Assembly: GCA_964496905.1 (NCBI GenBank)
Contig: CAZCAQ010000003.1
Span: 1,701-65,700, forward strand
Length of the DNA stretch: 64,000 bases
Direction of reading: 5' to 3'
Source of the DNA: an uncultured Candidatus Saccharibacteria bacterium
GTDB taxonomy: Bacteria; Patescibacteriota; WWE3; UBA101185; UBA10185
Part shown: positions 40,292 to 50,376 of the stretch, in pieces
Layout: each line of letters starts with the position of its first letter
Numbering within the stretch: position 1 is the first letter of the stretch
Position numbers and translations under genes: made by a program
Notes under the pieces: generated by a model
Databases searched by the model: none
The model's input: only the letters and a program-made list of their open reading frames with translations
Told to the model about the DNA's origin: nothing

Positions 40292-41509
40292 ATGCACAAT
40301 CAAGTTAAATACAACATCATATGCCTCTCCAACCAGCTGTGGGATTTTCCCAATTGGACAAACAAGCGCCACTCAATGTCGCGACTTGCTGCGCTTGGGC
40401 ATAACGTTCTTTTTGTTGATCCGCCCATTAATGCGGGCCGCGTGCTTTACAATCAAGTAAAGCGAAATAATTGGAATGCATACCGGCTTGTGACGCAAGT
40501 TAAAAAAGATGCGGAATCTGGGGCAAATGTATACACACCAATAAACTTGGCGCCGTTTCCACAAATAACTTCTAAACTTCATGCAAAAAGAATCAACAAA
40601 TTAGCGAAAAAGCTTTTTGATCCAAATCTCAAAACACTTCTTTGGGTTTATCATGTGCAAATTCCAGAGCTTGCCCATTATCTGGACACATTGCATCACG
40701 ATTTTTTAATTTACGACTGCGTTGATAATTATTCCGGCTTTCCCAATGTGAAAAATCCGCTTAAGGCTTCGGTTTCAAGTTCTCAAATTAGTGAGATAGA
40801 GCAAATGCTCACTACCAAGGCAAATTTAGTCTTTGCAACGGCTCCTGGACTTTACGATAAACTCCAGAAATATAACAAAAACGTGTATTTTACTCCAAAT
40901 GTAGGGGATTACGAAAAATTTAAAAATGCTCGTCAATTAAAGGATCAAACGCCAGATGAGATTAAAGCAATAAAACGGCCTCGAATTGGTTTTACGGGTG
41001 CGCTGGATGATTACAAGTTTGATTACGATTTAATGCGGAAAATTGCAACTGATCATCCAAACTATCAATTTATATTAATTGGTCCTATGGCACTAAAAGA
41101 CCGCGAAGCCAGCGATACTATAGAAAAATTTAAAGACCTGCCAAACATTCATGCGCTAGGTTCTCGCGATTTTAAACAAATCCACCTTTATTTTGCAGGC
41201 TTTGATGCTTTTATGATTCCATACGTTTTAAACGACTATACGGTTGGTGGATGTTTTCCCATGAAATTCCACGAATCCCTAGCTGCTGGTTTTCCAACAA
41301 TTGTCACTGATTTACCAGCTTACTTGCCGTTTGCAGATGTAGCTTATATTTCTAAAACTTACGATGAGTTTTCTCAAAACCTTAAAAAAGCGCTAGAAGA
41401 AGATACTCCTGAGCGTATAAAAGCTCGCCAAGCGGTGGCTAAAGAGAACAACTGGGAAGGTAAAGTTCAAAAGCTTTTATCCCTCATAAACCAACATATT
41501 ACTGTATAA
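40292..41509 (+). CDS. GT4-type glycosyltransferase (TuaH/GumK-like)
   Basis: W....TNKRH, LFVDPP, IYDCVDNY, IGFTG, PMKFHESLAAG. Confidence 0.85.
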   Translation: MHNQVKYNIICLSNQLWDFPNWTNKRHSMSRLAALGHNVLFVDPPINAGRVLYNQVKRNNWNAYRLVTQVKKDAESGANVYTPINLAPFPQITSKLHAKRINKLAKKLFDPNLKTLLWVYHVQIPELAHYLDTLHHDFLIYDCVDNYSGFPNVKNPLKASVSSSQISEIEQMLTTKANLVFATAPGLYDKLQKYNKNVYFTPNVGDYEKFKNARQLKDQTPDEIKAIKRPRIGFTGALDDYKFDYDLMRKIATDHPNYQFILIGPMALKDREASDTIEKFKDLPNIHALGSRDFKQIHLYFAGFDAFMIPYVLNDYTVGGCFPMKFHESLAAGFPTIVTDLPAYLPFADVAYISKTYDEFSQNLKKALEEDTPERIKARQAVAKENNWEGKVQKLLSLINQHITV

Positions 41510-41516
41510 TTCCCAT

Positions 41517-42623
41517 ATGCGTATTCTGTACGTTATTAATTCGGGCAATTTTGGAGGCGCCGAAAAGCACATTAAAGACTTGACTCAAGGAATGACCCAA
41601 AAAGGCCATGAAGTCTTTATTTGGTGTCTTGCAGGGCCTATGATTGAGCTTTACAAGGCCGCTGGTGCGCAGGTTACGGCAATCTCTCCCCGTTTTGAAA
41701 TAGACCCTTTTTACGTCCAAAAACTCAAAAAATTCCTAAAAGAGCAAAAAATCGATGTAGTGCATGTTCACGACAAATCGGGTGCAAATGCGCTAATGTC
41801 CGCATATTTGGCAAAAACGCCCGTTCGCGTTAGCAATGTTCATACTCCGCTTTCTCAATGGCAAATAAATCTAATTAAAAAAGCCATAAATTTGGTCGCA
41901 TATTTTTTTGTAACGCGTCTTTTATCTCAACAAGAAATTGCCATTACAAAGGAAGTAAAACGCATAAAAGTGTCTGAAGGCATTCCAGCAAGCAAAATTA
42001 CCGTAATTCCAAATTATGCCGAATTACCCACAAACGCGTCTCACGATAAAAAAGTGCAGTTTTTGCAAAAATGGGTTTTTGTAGACAAACTAGTCATAGG
42101 TGTTGTTGGGCGCACTTCAGCAGAAAAAGGCCAAGATTTGTTAATTAAGGCGTTTTACAAGCTTTCACACGAATTTGATCACATACGTCTTGCAATTATT
42201 GGCGGAGGTCCTTTGCAAGAAAACTATCAAACCATGCTTAAGGAGCTTAAACTTTCAGAAAAGTCCGTAATTACCGGAATTTTCCCTGACGAAGATAAAT
42301 CAACTCTTTTTTCAACCTTAAATATTTTTGTATTTCCATCTCGTGCGGAAGGTTTTGGCTATGTTCCGTTAGAAGCTTTATCTTTGGGAATTCCTGTAAT
42401 TGCATCAGGACTCCCTGTTTTAAAGGAAGTTTTGGGAGAACACGCTATGTATTTTGAGCCGGAAAACGTTGAAAGCCTTCAAGAGCAATTGAGATACGCA
42501 ATTACAAATTATGAGGAACTTAAAAGCCAGCAGGAAGGTACAAACTGGATCATTCAAAAATACGGATTTGAGAAATTTATTAGTTCTTACCTAAATTTAT
42601 ATGAGGAGCTAGCGCGCAAATGA
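41517..42623 (+). CDS. GT4 glycosyltransferase
   Basis: GGAEKH, GRTSAEKG, EGFGYVPLEAL; TATAAT 6 nt upstream of the ATG. Confidence 0.88.
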   Translation: MRILYVINSGNFGGAEKHIKDLTQGMTQKGHEVFIWCLAGPMIELYKAAGAQVTAISPRFEIDPFYVQKLKKFLKEQKIDVVHVHDKSGANALMSAYLAKTPVRVSNVHTPLSQWQINLIKKAINLVAYFFVTRLLSQQEIAITKEVKRIKVSEGIPASKITVIPNYAELPTNASHDKKVQFLQKWVFVDKLVIGVVGRTSAEKGQDLLIKAFYKLSHEFDHIRLAIIGGGPLQENYQTMLKELKLSEKSVITGIFPDEDKSTLFSTLNIFVFPSRAEGFGYVPLEALSLGIPVIASGLPVLKEVLGEHAMYFEPENVESLQEQLRYAITNYEELKSQQEGTNWIIQKYGFEKFISSYLNLYEELARK

Positions 42624-43747
42624 AAGTAGCCTTTTGTGGCAGAACAGACTTGTTTAAATATAAAGGAGGGGATGCCGTACAAATGGAGCAAACGGCAAAA
42701 GAGCTAGAAAAGCTTGGCGTGCACGTTGACATAAAAACTCATTGGGACTTTGACTATGCACAATATGAATTAATTCACATATTCCAGCTGGATTGGGTTT
42801 CGGAAAACTATTTGTATGCAGAGGCAGCGCAAAAAGCGGGTAAAAAAATTGTACTTTCTCCAATTCATCATAATGTAAATGAAGTAAAAGCTTACGATGA
42901 CAATTTTGTATTTGGTTATCGCAGACTTTCGTCCTTGGTATTACGCAATCAATTTCACCGCGATACGCTAAAAATCTTTTACCGAGCTCTTTCCAACCCA
43001 GAAAAACGAATTCCTGCGTTTTACGCAATAACTTATGGACTTAAGAATCTGCACAAAAAAACCATAAAAGCCTCAAGCAAGGTTTTAGTTCAAACTCACT
43101 TGGAAGCCGAAGATTTAAAAAAGGCTTACACCACAGATTTTGAATGGGTTTTAGTTCCAAATGGTGTTGGTGACGTTTTTTTGTCACAACCAGAAATGCT
43201 TAGCAATTTTCTGCCATTTTCTGATTACATTTTAAGCGTAGGCCGTATTGAAGCCCGAAAAAATCAACTTAACATTATTGAAGCGGTAAAAAAACTCCGC
43301 TTACAAACTGGGCAAGACCTTAAACTTGTTTTTGTTGGTCAATTTAGTCTTTCTCATAAAGAGTATACACAGCACTTTAAGGAACAACTTTCGCAAAACC
43401 CATGGATTACTCACATTGAAAAGGTCGACTATGAAAAAATGCCTTCAGTATACAAATTTGCAAAAGTTGCAGTTTCAGCAAGTTGGTTTGAAACAACTGG
43501 ATTAACCAGTTTAGAGGCCTTGTATTGCGGTTCAAATGCTGTTGCATCGGGAAAAAGAGCTAATGAGTTGTTAGGTTCGCAAGTTTCATATTGTGACCCT
43601 TCTAGTGTAGAATCTATTTCAAGCGCCATTTTGACGCAGCTTCAAAAACCAAGACCAGTAATTTCTAAAGATTTTAAAGCACAGTATACTTGGAAGAATG
43701 CTGCTGAAAAAACTCTTAAGGTATATACGGATATAATTGATGAATAA
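42620..43747 (+). CDS. GT4 glycosyltransferase
   Basis: GGD.VQ, GRIEARKNQ, SWFETTGLTSLEA. Confidence 0.88.
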   Translation: MKVAFCGRTDLFKYKGGDAVQMEQTAKELEKLGVHVDIKTHWDFDYAQYELIHIFQLDWVSENYLYAEAAQKAGKKIVLSPIHHNVNEVKAYDDNFVFGYRRLSSLVLRNQFHRDTLKIFYRALSNPEKRIPAFYAITYGLKNLHKKTIKASSKVLVQTHLEAEDLKKAYTTDFEWVLVPNGVGDVFLSQPEMLSNFLPFSDYILSVGRIEARKNQLNIIEAVKKLRLQTGQDLKLVFVGQFSLSHKEYTQHFKEQLSQNPWITHIEKVDYEKMPSVYKFAKVAVSASWFETTGLTSLEALYCGSNAVASGKRANELLGSQVSYCDPSSVESISSAILTQLQKPRPVISKDFKAQYTWKNAAEKTLKVYTDIIDE

Positions 43748-46646
43748 TTACGAATTACTTATTGGAATAGCTATTTTTTCAGTGGGATTTTATGCCCTTG
43801 TCAGAGATTTTAAACTCTTTATCTATATTTTGCTCTTTTCAAGCGTTTTAATTCACAAAGAAATGTTTAGCCTGTATATGTGGGACTTTATGCCAATTCG
43901 CTTTTTAATGCTTGCTTTGTCTTTTTATGTAGTTGGGGCCTTCTTTTTAGCACTTTTTACTGCGCTGAGAGAAAGGAATATGCATCAACGACTTGAGTTA
44001 ACTAAAATTTCTCAGTACTTAAGGGATCCTTTTATCATTAGTTTGACTTTGCTCTGGCTAGTAAGAGGTTTTTCTCTAGTGTTTTCAAAAGATATTAGGT
44101 CTAGTGTGGAGCTTTATGCCTTTTTTACATCTATTTATTTGGCATCTCTTTTTATTTACATAAGGTTAAAATCAAGGCCTTTGCACGTTATATTGTATCT
44201 GGATTTTTATATTGCCATTGTTTTTGCACTCTGTATGTTTGGGTTTTTACAATTATTTTTAAGTTCCAATTATAACTTTACTATTGGAGCATTTTGGCAA
44301 ATTCCCGGACATAGCCCACGCGTTGGAAGTCTTTTTTGGGATGTAAATCACTTTGGAGCGTTTATTGCCTCATTATTTTTATACGGATGTGCTAGGTTTT
44401 TGGCAGTTTCAGGCTTAAAACGCAAAATACTTTACGGCATTTTACTTTTGCCAATTCCCATAATTTTGTATTTAACTAATTCACGCAGCTCTTTATTGCT
44501 ATTAATCAGTGCTTCTGCGCTTTTTGGCTTTATTGTATTGTTCAAAAAAATCGGTAACAAAGCTTTTGGCCTTACAGCATTAGTGGCCCTTTTTGCATTT
44601 TTGACCTTTTTTTATACATATTCAGATGAAAACTCTAAAGTTAGCAAGGTTATTCGTAGTAACTTACATTACAGAATTGATTCTTTTGATTCGCACTTTT
44701 TATTGCTATCTGGTGCTTCGGAAGTATTTACAGAAAATCCTATATTAGGAGGTGGCTACGGGAGTTTTTATGCCCAATTTATGGAAACCTCCATTTCATC
44801 AGAATATCTTAGGCGTGATCCAGCTGGTTTATTAACAAAAGTTCCTGCACACACAATTTGGGGTGAGGTAGCTTCTGAAACGGGCATGTTAGGTTTTTCC
44901 GCTTTTCTGTTTTTATGTCTAATAATTACAGCTGTACCTTTTTATAATTTTTTGGTCAGTAACTCGTATAAGGATTATTTAGTTCATGGCGCCATATTTT
45001 CTTCAATAATAGGCTATTTTGTCGCTGGCATATTTTATTCTTATAATTCTGAATTTTTTTGGCTTGTCTTAATTTTATACACAACGTATGGAATAGCAAA
45101 ATTGATTCAAAACATGCCTGTTGTAATTAATAATCCAAATCCAAGCTTTACCTTTGGTTTGTTAAAAAAGGCAGTAATGTTTATTGAAGTTAAAATAAAC
45201 GCAGGATTTATTTTACTTGGACTTTTAACATTTTCATTAATATTTATAAATTTGGGGAAAAACACTTTAATTACATGGGACGAAGCAATATACGGAAAAA
45301 TTGCTAAAAATATTGTTCAAACAGGTGAGTGGTTAACTTTGCAATGGAAGGTAGGTTCCACTTGGTTTGAAAAGCCCCCACTTTACTTTTGGTCAACGGC
45401 ATTTTTTATGAAAATCTTTGGTATAAACGAATTTGCAGTTAGATTAACAAGTGCGCTTAGTGGCTTTGGTTCTATTATGGTTTTAACCTACTTTGCAAAA
45501 AAAATATATGGGCGAAGCGTAGGGTATTTAGCAGGATTTATTCTATTGACCACTTTTCAGTTTTTGTATTACGCACGAACCGGCATGCTTGACGTTACTC
45601 TCACTTTTTTTATTACTACTGCTTTGGTAATTTACTTTCTTGGTGCAAAAATGCTTAGGACATTTGTACTAGCGGGTGTATTTGTAGGATTAGCAGTGCT
45701 AACAAAAGGTGTAGTAGGTTTTTTACCTTTACTAATAATACTAATCTTTGAATTAGTTATGTTGCCAAAAACCAAAAAATTAAGCGAACTAGTTAACGTT
45801 TTTTACATTTTTGTATTCTCAGCAATAGTTTTTATGCCATGGCATGCCTATATGCTGGGTTTATATGGTAATAAGTTTTACGACAACTACATTGTTTATC
45901 ATGTTTTGCAACGTGCTTCAACAGCAATTGAAGGAAAAGGCCAGCCCTTTTGGTGGTATTTTGTAGTAATGAAAGTTAGTATGCGCTTATGGTTTTTGGC
46001 ATTACTGGTAGCGCTTCCTTTTACTACCACTTGTGTGTTATTTAGAAAAAAAATGGAGAAGTTTAACTTTTTGTTTTCAAATAATGAGATACGTGGGTTA
46101 ATATTTACATTAGTCTGGTTTATAGTTGTAGCACTTTTCTTTTCATCAGCGATCTCTAAACTTATTTGGTACATAATTCCTATATATGTTCCAGCTGCAC
46201 TGATTTGCGCATTTACAATAGTTGTAATTTTAAGAAACTTTTTCTCAAAGTTTGCTAAAAATATAGTTGATGAAATGGTTTTTGTAACGATCTTTTTTAT
46301 TTTTATGTTCACTTTTACTTACTTTTATGTTGAAAAAGGTCGCGTTTATACAAGTGACTTAAATTATGCTCAGGCCTTTGTACTTAAGCAGTCAAGTGTT
46401 AAGTATCCAAATGAGACTGTGCTTGTCGATAGAATTGAATCCCCAGTCACATTTTACTATCGCGATGGGCCTTATGCAGAAGTTGATTTTCAACAAATCC
46501 GAGCTTCTCTTAGTAAAAGCTCAGAAAAGCCTACAATTTTTATTACTAATAAAAAAAGATTTGTTCAGCTTGAAAAAGAATTTTTGGGACTTTCCAATGT
46601 AGATCAGGCTGGAGATTTTATACTTGCCTATTATCTTAAACAATGA
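43740..46646 (+). CDS. Fusion of O-antigen ligase (Wzy_C/WaaL-like) domain and ArnT/GT83 domain
   Basis: N-half: RVGSLFWDVNHFG, TNSRS, PILGGGYGSF, AHTIWGEVASETGMLG. C-half: WDEAIY, WFEKPPLYFW, EFAVRL, ARTGMLD, LAVLTKG. Confidence 0.85.
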   Translation: MNNYELLIGIAIFSVGFYALVRDFKLFIYILLFSSVLIHKEMFSLYMWDFMPIRFLMLALSFYVVGAFFLALFTALRERNMHQRLELTKISQYLRDPFIISLTLLWLVRGFSLVFSKDIRSSVELYAFFTSIYLASLFIYIRLKSRPLHVILYLDFYIAIVFALCMFGFLQLFLSSNYNFTIGAFWQIPGHSPRVGSLFWDVNHFGAFIASLFLYGCARFLAVSGLKRKILYGILLLPIPIILYLTNSRSSLLLLISASALFGFIVLFKKIGNKAFGLTALVALFAFLTFFYTYSDENSKVSKVIRSNLHYRIDSFDSHFLLLSGASEVFTENPILGGGYGSFYAQFMETSISSEYLRRDPAGLLTKVPAHTIWGEVASETGMLGFSAFLFLCLIITAVPFYNFLVSNSYKDYLVHGAIFSSIIGYFVAGIFYSYNSEFFWLVLILYTTYGIAKLIQNMPVVINNPNPSFTFGLLKKAVMFIEVKINAGFILLGLLTFSLIFINLGKNTLITWDEAIYGKIAKNIVQTGEWLTLQWKVGSTWFEKPPLYFWSTAFFMKIFGINEFAVRLTSALSGFGSIMVLTYFAKKIYGRSVGYLAGFILLTTFQFLYYARTGMLDVTLTFFITTALVIYFLGAKMLRTFVLAGVFVGLAVLTKGVVGFLPLLIILIFELVMLPKTKKLSELVNVFYIFVFSAIVFMPWHAYMLGLYGNKFYDNYIVYHVLQRASTAIEGKGQPFWWYFVVMKVSMRLWFLALLVALPFTTTCVLFRKKMEKFNFLFSNNEIRGLIFTLVWFIVVALFFSSAISKLIWYIIPIYVPAALICAFTIVVILRNFFSKFAKNIVDEMVFVTIFFIFMFTFTYFYVEKGRVYTSDLNYAQAFVLKQSSVKYPNETVLVDRIESPVTFYYRDGPYAEVDFQQIRASLSKSSEKPTIFITNKKRFVQLEKEFLGLSNVDQAGDFILAYYLKQ

Positions 46647-47767
46647 AAGTTGCAATAATTCACGACGATTTTATTCAATATGGTGGTGCAGAACAATTGG
46701 TTCTAGCCCTTTGGGAGATATGGCCCAATGCAGTTTTGTATACAAGTTACGTAACTAATGATTGGGCAAAAATTCTTAAAGAAAAAAATATTGAATATAA
46801 AACGTCATTCATGCAAAAGTTGCCATATAAAAAGAAATTAAATAAATACTACGCTGGGCTTATGCTTTATCCCCTTGCCTTTGAGTCATTTGACTTTACG
46901 GGTTTTGATTTGGTGATTTCATCTTCTTCTAGGTTTGCACATTGTATTGTTACAAAACCATCAACTTTGCATATTTCATATATTAATTCGCCAGGACGCA
47001 TGTTTTGGGAGTTTTGGGATTATTTTGAGAACTTTAGTTTTTCACGCCGAAATATTATTAAAAGGCTCTACATAAATTTGTTAAAAGCAGTGGCTAGTTA
47101 TTATAGAACTTGGGACTATTACTCTTCATTTCGCGCCGATTACCTTATTGCTAATTCATCGATTCCTCATAACCGTATTAAAAAATTTTATGACAAGGAA
47201 AGCACAATAATTTATCCATTTGTTAATACAAAATATTTTGAAAATAAACCAAAATCAAAAGCTAACTTTTTTCTTATAATAACCAGGCTGGTTTCGTGGA
47301 AAAAAGTAGATATAGCAATAGATGCTTTTATTAAGAATGGTCAAAATTTGAGAATAATTGGTGATGGCCCAGAACTTCAACCTTTAAAAGCAAAAGCCGC
47401 AGGTTATAAAAATATAGAGTTACTTGGATATGTGAGTGATGATGTGAAAATAGATCTGCTATGTTCATGTTGTGCTTTAATTAACACACAGCTAGAGGAC
47501 TTTGGTATTGCCCCATTAGAAGCTATGGCGGCTGGAAAACCTGTTTTAGCATACGGAAGAGGTGGCGCGCTAGAAACAGTTATAGAAGGAAAAACTGGTG
47601 CATTTTATTACGAACAAACTCCTCAGGCTTTAAATGCCGCATTGGAGACTTTTGATCCTGAGTCTTATTTAGTAACCGATTGTGTTTATCAAGCTCGGCG
47701 CTTTGATAAAGATGTTTTTCTTAGTAAGATCAAAGCCTTTGTTGATAGTGTATACTTAGGGAGCTAA
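46643..47767 (+). CDS. GT4 glycosyltransferase (WbaZ-like)
   Basis: HD..QYGGAE, SS.FAH, RLVSWK, EDFGIAPLEAMAAGKP, GGALET. Confidence 0.88.
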   Translation: MKVAIIHDDFIQYGGAEQLVLALWEIWPNAVLYTSYVTNDWAKILKEKNIEYKTSFMQKLPYKKKLNKYYAGLMLYPLAFESFDFTGFDLVISSSSRFAHCIVTKPSTLHISYINSPGRMFWEFWDYFENFSFSRRNIIKRLYINLLKAVASYYRTWDYYSSFRADYLIANSSIPHNRIKKFYDKESTIIYPFVNTKYFENKPKSKANFFLIITRLVSWKKVDIAIDAFIKNGQNLRIIGDGPELQPLKAKAAGYKNIELLGYVSDDVKIDLLCSCCALINTQLEDFGIAPLEAMAAGKPVLAYGRGGALETVIEGKTGAFYYEQTPQALNAALETFDPESYLVTDCVYQARRFDKDVFLSKIKAFVDSVYLGS

Positions 47768-47774
47768 TTCCAAT

Positions 47775-48413
47775 ATGGACTTATACGATTTTTTAAAAAG
47801 AATACTAGATATTGTGGGTGCGCTTGTAGGGCTCCTTATTTTTTCACCAATTTTTGCGGTTGCAGCTGTTTTTATTAAACTTGCATCTCCGGGAGGACCA
47901 ATTTTTGCGGATATACCATCAAGGGTAAGCAGAGGAAAAGAATTTAAAATGTACAAATTTAGATCTATGATTCCAAATGCGCACAATTGGCTTTTGGAAC
48001 ATCCAGAGTGGCATGAAAAGTACAAAGCCAACAATTACAAAATTTCTCCAGACGAAGATCCGCGCTTTATAAAAGGTGCAAAATTTATGAGAAAATATAG
48101 CATTGATGAGCTTCCTCAATTTTTAAATGTTTTGTTTGGCGATATGAGTTTAGTAGGTCCCAGAGCTTACTATCCTTTTGAATTAAAAGAGCAAAGGGAA
48201 AAGTTCCCGGAAGCTGGTCCCTACATTGACGAAGTCTTTCAGATAAAGCCCGGCATTACGGGTGTTTGGCAAGTTTCTGGAAGATCGAGCATTGGTTTTT
48301 TGGAGCGAATAAAAATGGATGCCGGATATGCAAAAAAGCGCTCAATATTGTATGATTTACTAATAATTCTAAAAACGCCGCTAGCGGTGTTGGCTGCTAA
48401 AGGAGCAAACTAA
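47775..48413 (+). CDS. Priming phosphoglycosyltransferase (bacterial sugar transferase, PglC/WcaJ catalytic domain)
   Basis: KRILDI, KFRSM, DPR, SIDELPQFLNV, GDMSLVGPR, KPGITGVWQVSGRS. Confidence 0.93.
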   Translation: MDLYDFLKRILDIVGALVGLLIFSPIFAVAAVFIKLASPGGPIFADIPSRVSRGKEFKMYKFRSMIPNAHNWLLEHPEWHEKYKANNYKISPDEDPRFIKGAKFMRKYSIDELPQFLNVLFGDMSLVGPRAYYPFELKEQREKFPEAGPYIDEVFQIKPGITGVWQVSGRSSIGFLERIKMDAGYAKKRSILYDLLIILKTPLAVLAAKGAN

Positions 48414-48415
48414 AT

Positions 48416-50362
48416 ATGAATCAAGCAAAAGTATGGAAACCAGGACAAACAAGTAATTCTAAGGTAGGTGGTGTCAGTAAATATAAAAGGCATATTGGTG
48501 TAGGTGGGGCTATACTTATAGGTGTACTGTCTGTTTTTGTTTTAGTTACTTATTTCTTCTTTGCACGCCCCGTTTTAGCTTTAAGAAGTAATGTAAAAGA
48601 CCTTCAAGAGGATTTTAACAATAGTAAACAGGCCCTTGTAGAGCGGGATTTGGTTGCTTTTAATGCAAGTTTAGATGAGACTGAAAAAGACCTTGAAGAA
48701 CTAAGGACCACCAGAGACGAAAAGCTTGGTTGGGCTAAAAACTTTCCAAAGCTTAAGATTTACTACAAAGATTCGGAAAACTTTATTAACGCAGGTCAGC
48801 ATGCTGTAAACGCAGGTAGAGAGTTCTCGGTAATTGTTGAACCTTTTTCCTCTGCATTAGGTCTAAAAACAAAAAATACTCAAAACGGTGCCCCAGCGCC
48901 AGAGGGTGAAGACGTTGGCTTAATGGAAGCTTTTTCTGCATGGGTAGCTGCCATGCCTTTGGTTGCTGCAGAATCAGATCCAGTAATTAAGGAATTAACT
49001 TTAATGGGCGATCAGCTAGCTAAGGTTGATGCGCAGAATTATCCAGAAGATTTTAGAGGTTTTCCAGTAAGAGAGACTATTTTACAGTCTCAAAACACAC
49101 TTACGCAGCTTAACGATTACGCACCAGACATTAAAAAAGCACTCGTTATAATCCCAGGACTTCTAGGTATTGGCGGTGAAGAAAAACGCTATATGGTTAT
49201 TATGCAAAATGACAAAGAAGTTCGTGCAACTGGTGGTTTTTGGACATATTTAGCAACCTTTAAGGTAAGTAATGGGCTTTTAAATTCTGACTTTACTTCA
49301 TACAATTCATACTATGTTGATGATGTATTAAATCAAATAGATGCGTATCACACTTTTCCAACTGTACCTCCAACTTACAACAAGCACTTAAAGGTAGAAA
49401 GAATGTTTGCCCGCGACGCAAACGTGTCACCAGACCTTCCAACTTCTGTAGATCAGTTTTTGGAATTTTGGACATTAGCTGCACCACTTTCTCCAAATGA
49501 ATTTAAACCTATTGATGGCGTAATCGTTATTGATACAAAGGTATTGGAAGAACTTTTGGAAATTACTGGCCCAGCTACTGTAAATGGTTTTACATATAAC
49601 AAAGACAATGTTGTACTTGAACTTGAAAAATTGGCAAGCCTTGCTTTAAAAGAGCAAGTTAATAGAAAAAAAGTTTTGGGTGATTTAATGGAACAAATGT
49701 TAATTAACGTGTTTGAGTCCGATAAAAATCTTTGGCCAAAACTCGTAGATAAAGGGTTTAACCTAATTGGTCGAAAGCACATTGCCATGGTTATGATGGA
49801 CCCAGAGGCACAGGCCTTAATTGAAAAACACAACTTTGCTGGTCGTATAGTTGATCCTGTAGTTGGTGATTATGCATATGTAGTCCAAACCAACCTAGGT
49901 GGTGATAAGACTAACTGGTTTGTCACTAAAGACGTCCAGCACGATTTATCACGTGAAAACGGTAAATGGAAAAGAACAGTTACTATCAATTACAAATACA
50001 CAAGGCCTTCAGATGAATTTGCCTCATTTGTAACAGTTTACCGTGAATGGGTAAGGTTATATGTGCCAAAGGGCGCAGAGTTAATTGCCTTGACAGGGTC
50101 CGATGATGAACCTGGTACTGGTGAGGAAAGAAACAAAACTTATTTTCATGGGTTCTTTACATTAGCACCTGATGCCACAAAAACTGTAAAGTTTGAGTAC
50201 TATTTACCTGAGGACACAATTAAAGACGGCGAGTACAAGTTGTACATTCAAAAACAAGTCTCTATAGATAAAGAAAAGCATGTTGTAAATGCAGGTGGTA
50301 AAACTCAAGAAATAATTCTTGATATTTTGGACGGTAAGTTTTCGGCAAAAGTAGCAGAGTAG
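48416..50362 (+). CDS. DUF4012-domain membrane-anchored protein
   Basis: N-terminal TM, coiled region, QNDKEVRATGGF, RDANVSPD, IDGVI, NLGGDK, YREWVRLYVP, QKQ. Confidence 0.8.
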   Translation: MNQAKVWKPGQTSNSKVGGVSKYKRHIGVGGAILIGVLSVFVLVTYFFFARPVLALRSNVKDLQEDFNNSKQALVERDLVAFNASLDETEKDLEELRTTRDEKLGWAKNFPKLKIYYKDSENFINAGQHAVNAGREFSVIVEPFSSALGLKTKNTQNGAPAPEGEDVGLMEAFSAWVAAMPLVAAESDPVIKELTLMGDQLAKVDAQNYPEDFRGFPVRETILQSQNTLTQLNDYAPDIKKALVIIPGLLGIGGEEKRYMVIMQNDKEVRATGGFWTYLATFKVSNGLLNSDFTSYNSYYVDDVLNQIDAYHTFPTVPPTYNKHLKVERMFARDANVSPDLPTSVDQFLEFWTLAAPLSPNEFKPIDGVIVIDTKVLEELLEITGPATVNGFTYNKDNVVLELEKLASLALKEQVNRKKVLGDLMEQMLINVFESDKNLWPKLVDKGFNLIGRKHIAMVMMDPEAQALIEKHNFAGRIVDPVVGDYAYVVQTNLGGDKTNWFVTKDVQHDLSRENGKWKRTVTINYKYTRPSDEFASFVTVYREWVRLYVPKGAELIALTGSDDEPGTGEERNKTYFHGFFTLAPDATKTVKFEYYLPEDTIKDGEYKLYIQKQVSIDKEKHVVNAGGKTQEIILDILDGKFSAKVAE

Positions 50363-50376
50363 CGTAAAATGAGAGA

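Noticed and set aside
40265-40372. N-terminal extension of the HExxH ORF to 40372
   Set aside because: It would overlap the conserved start of the GT at 40292 head to head. GTG 40264 has a properly placed TATAAT.
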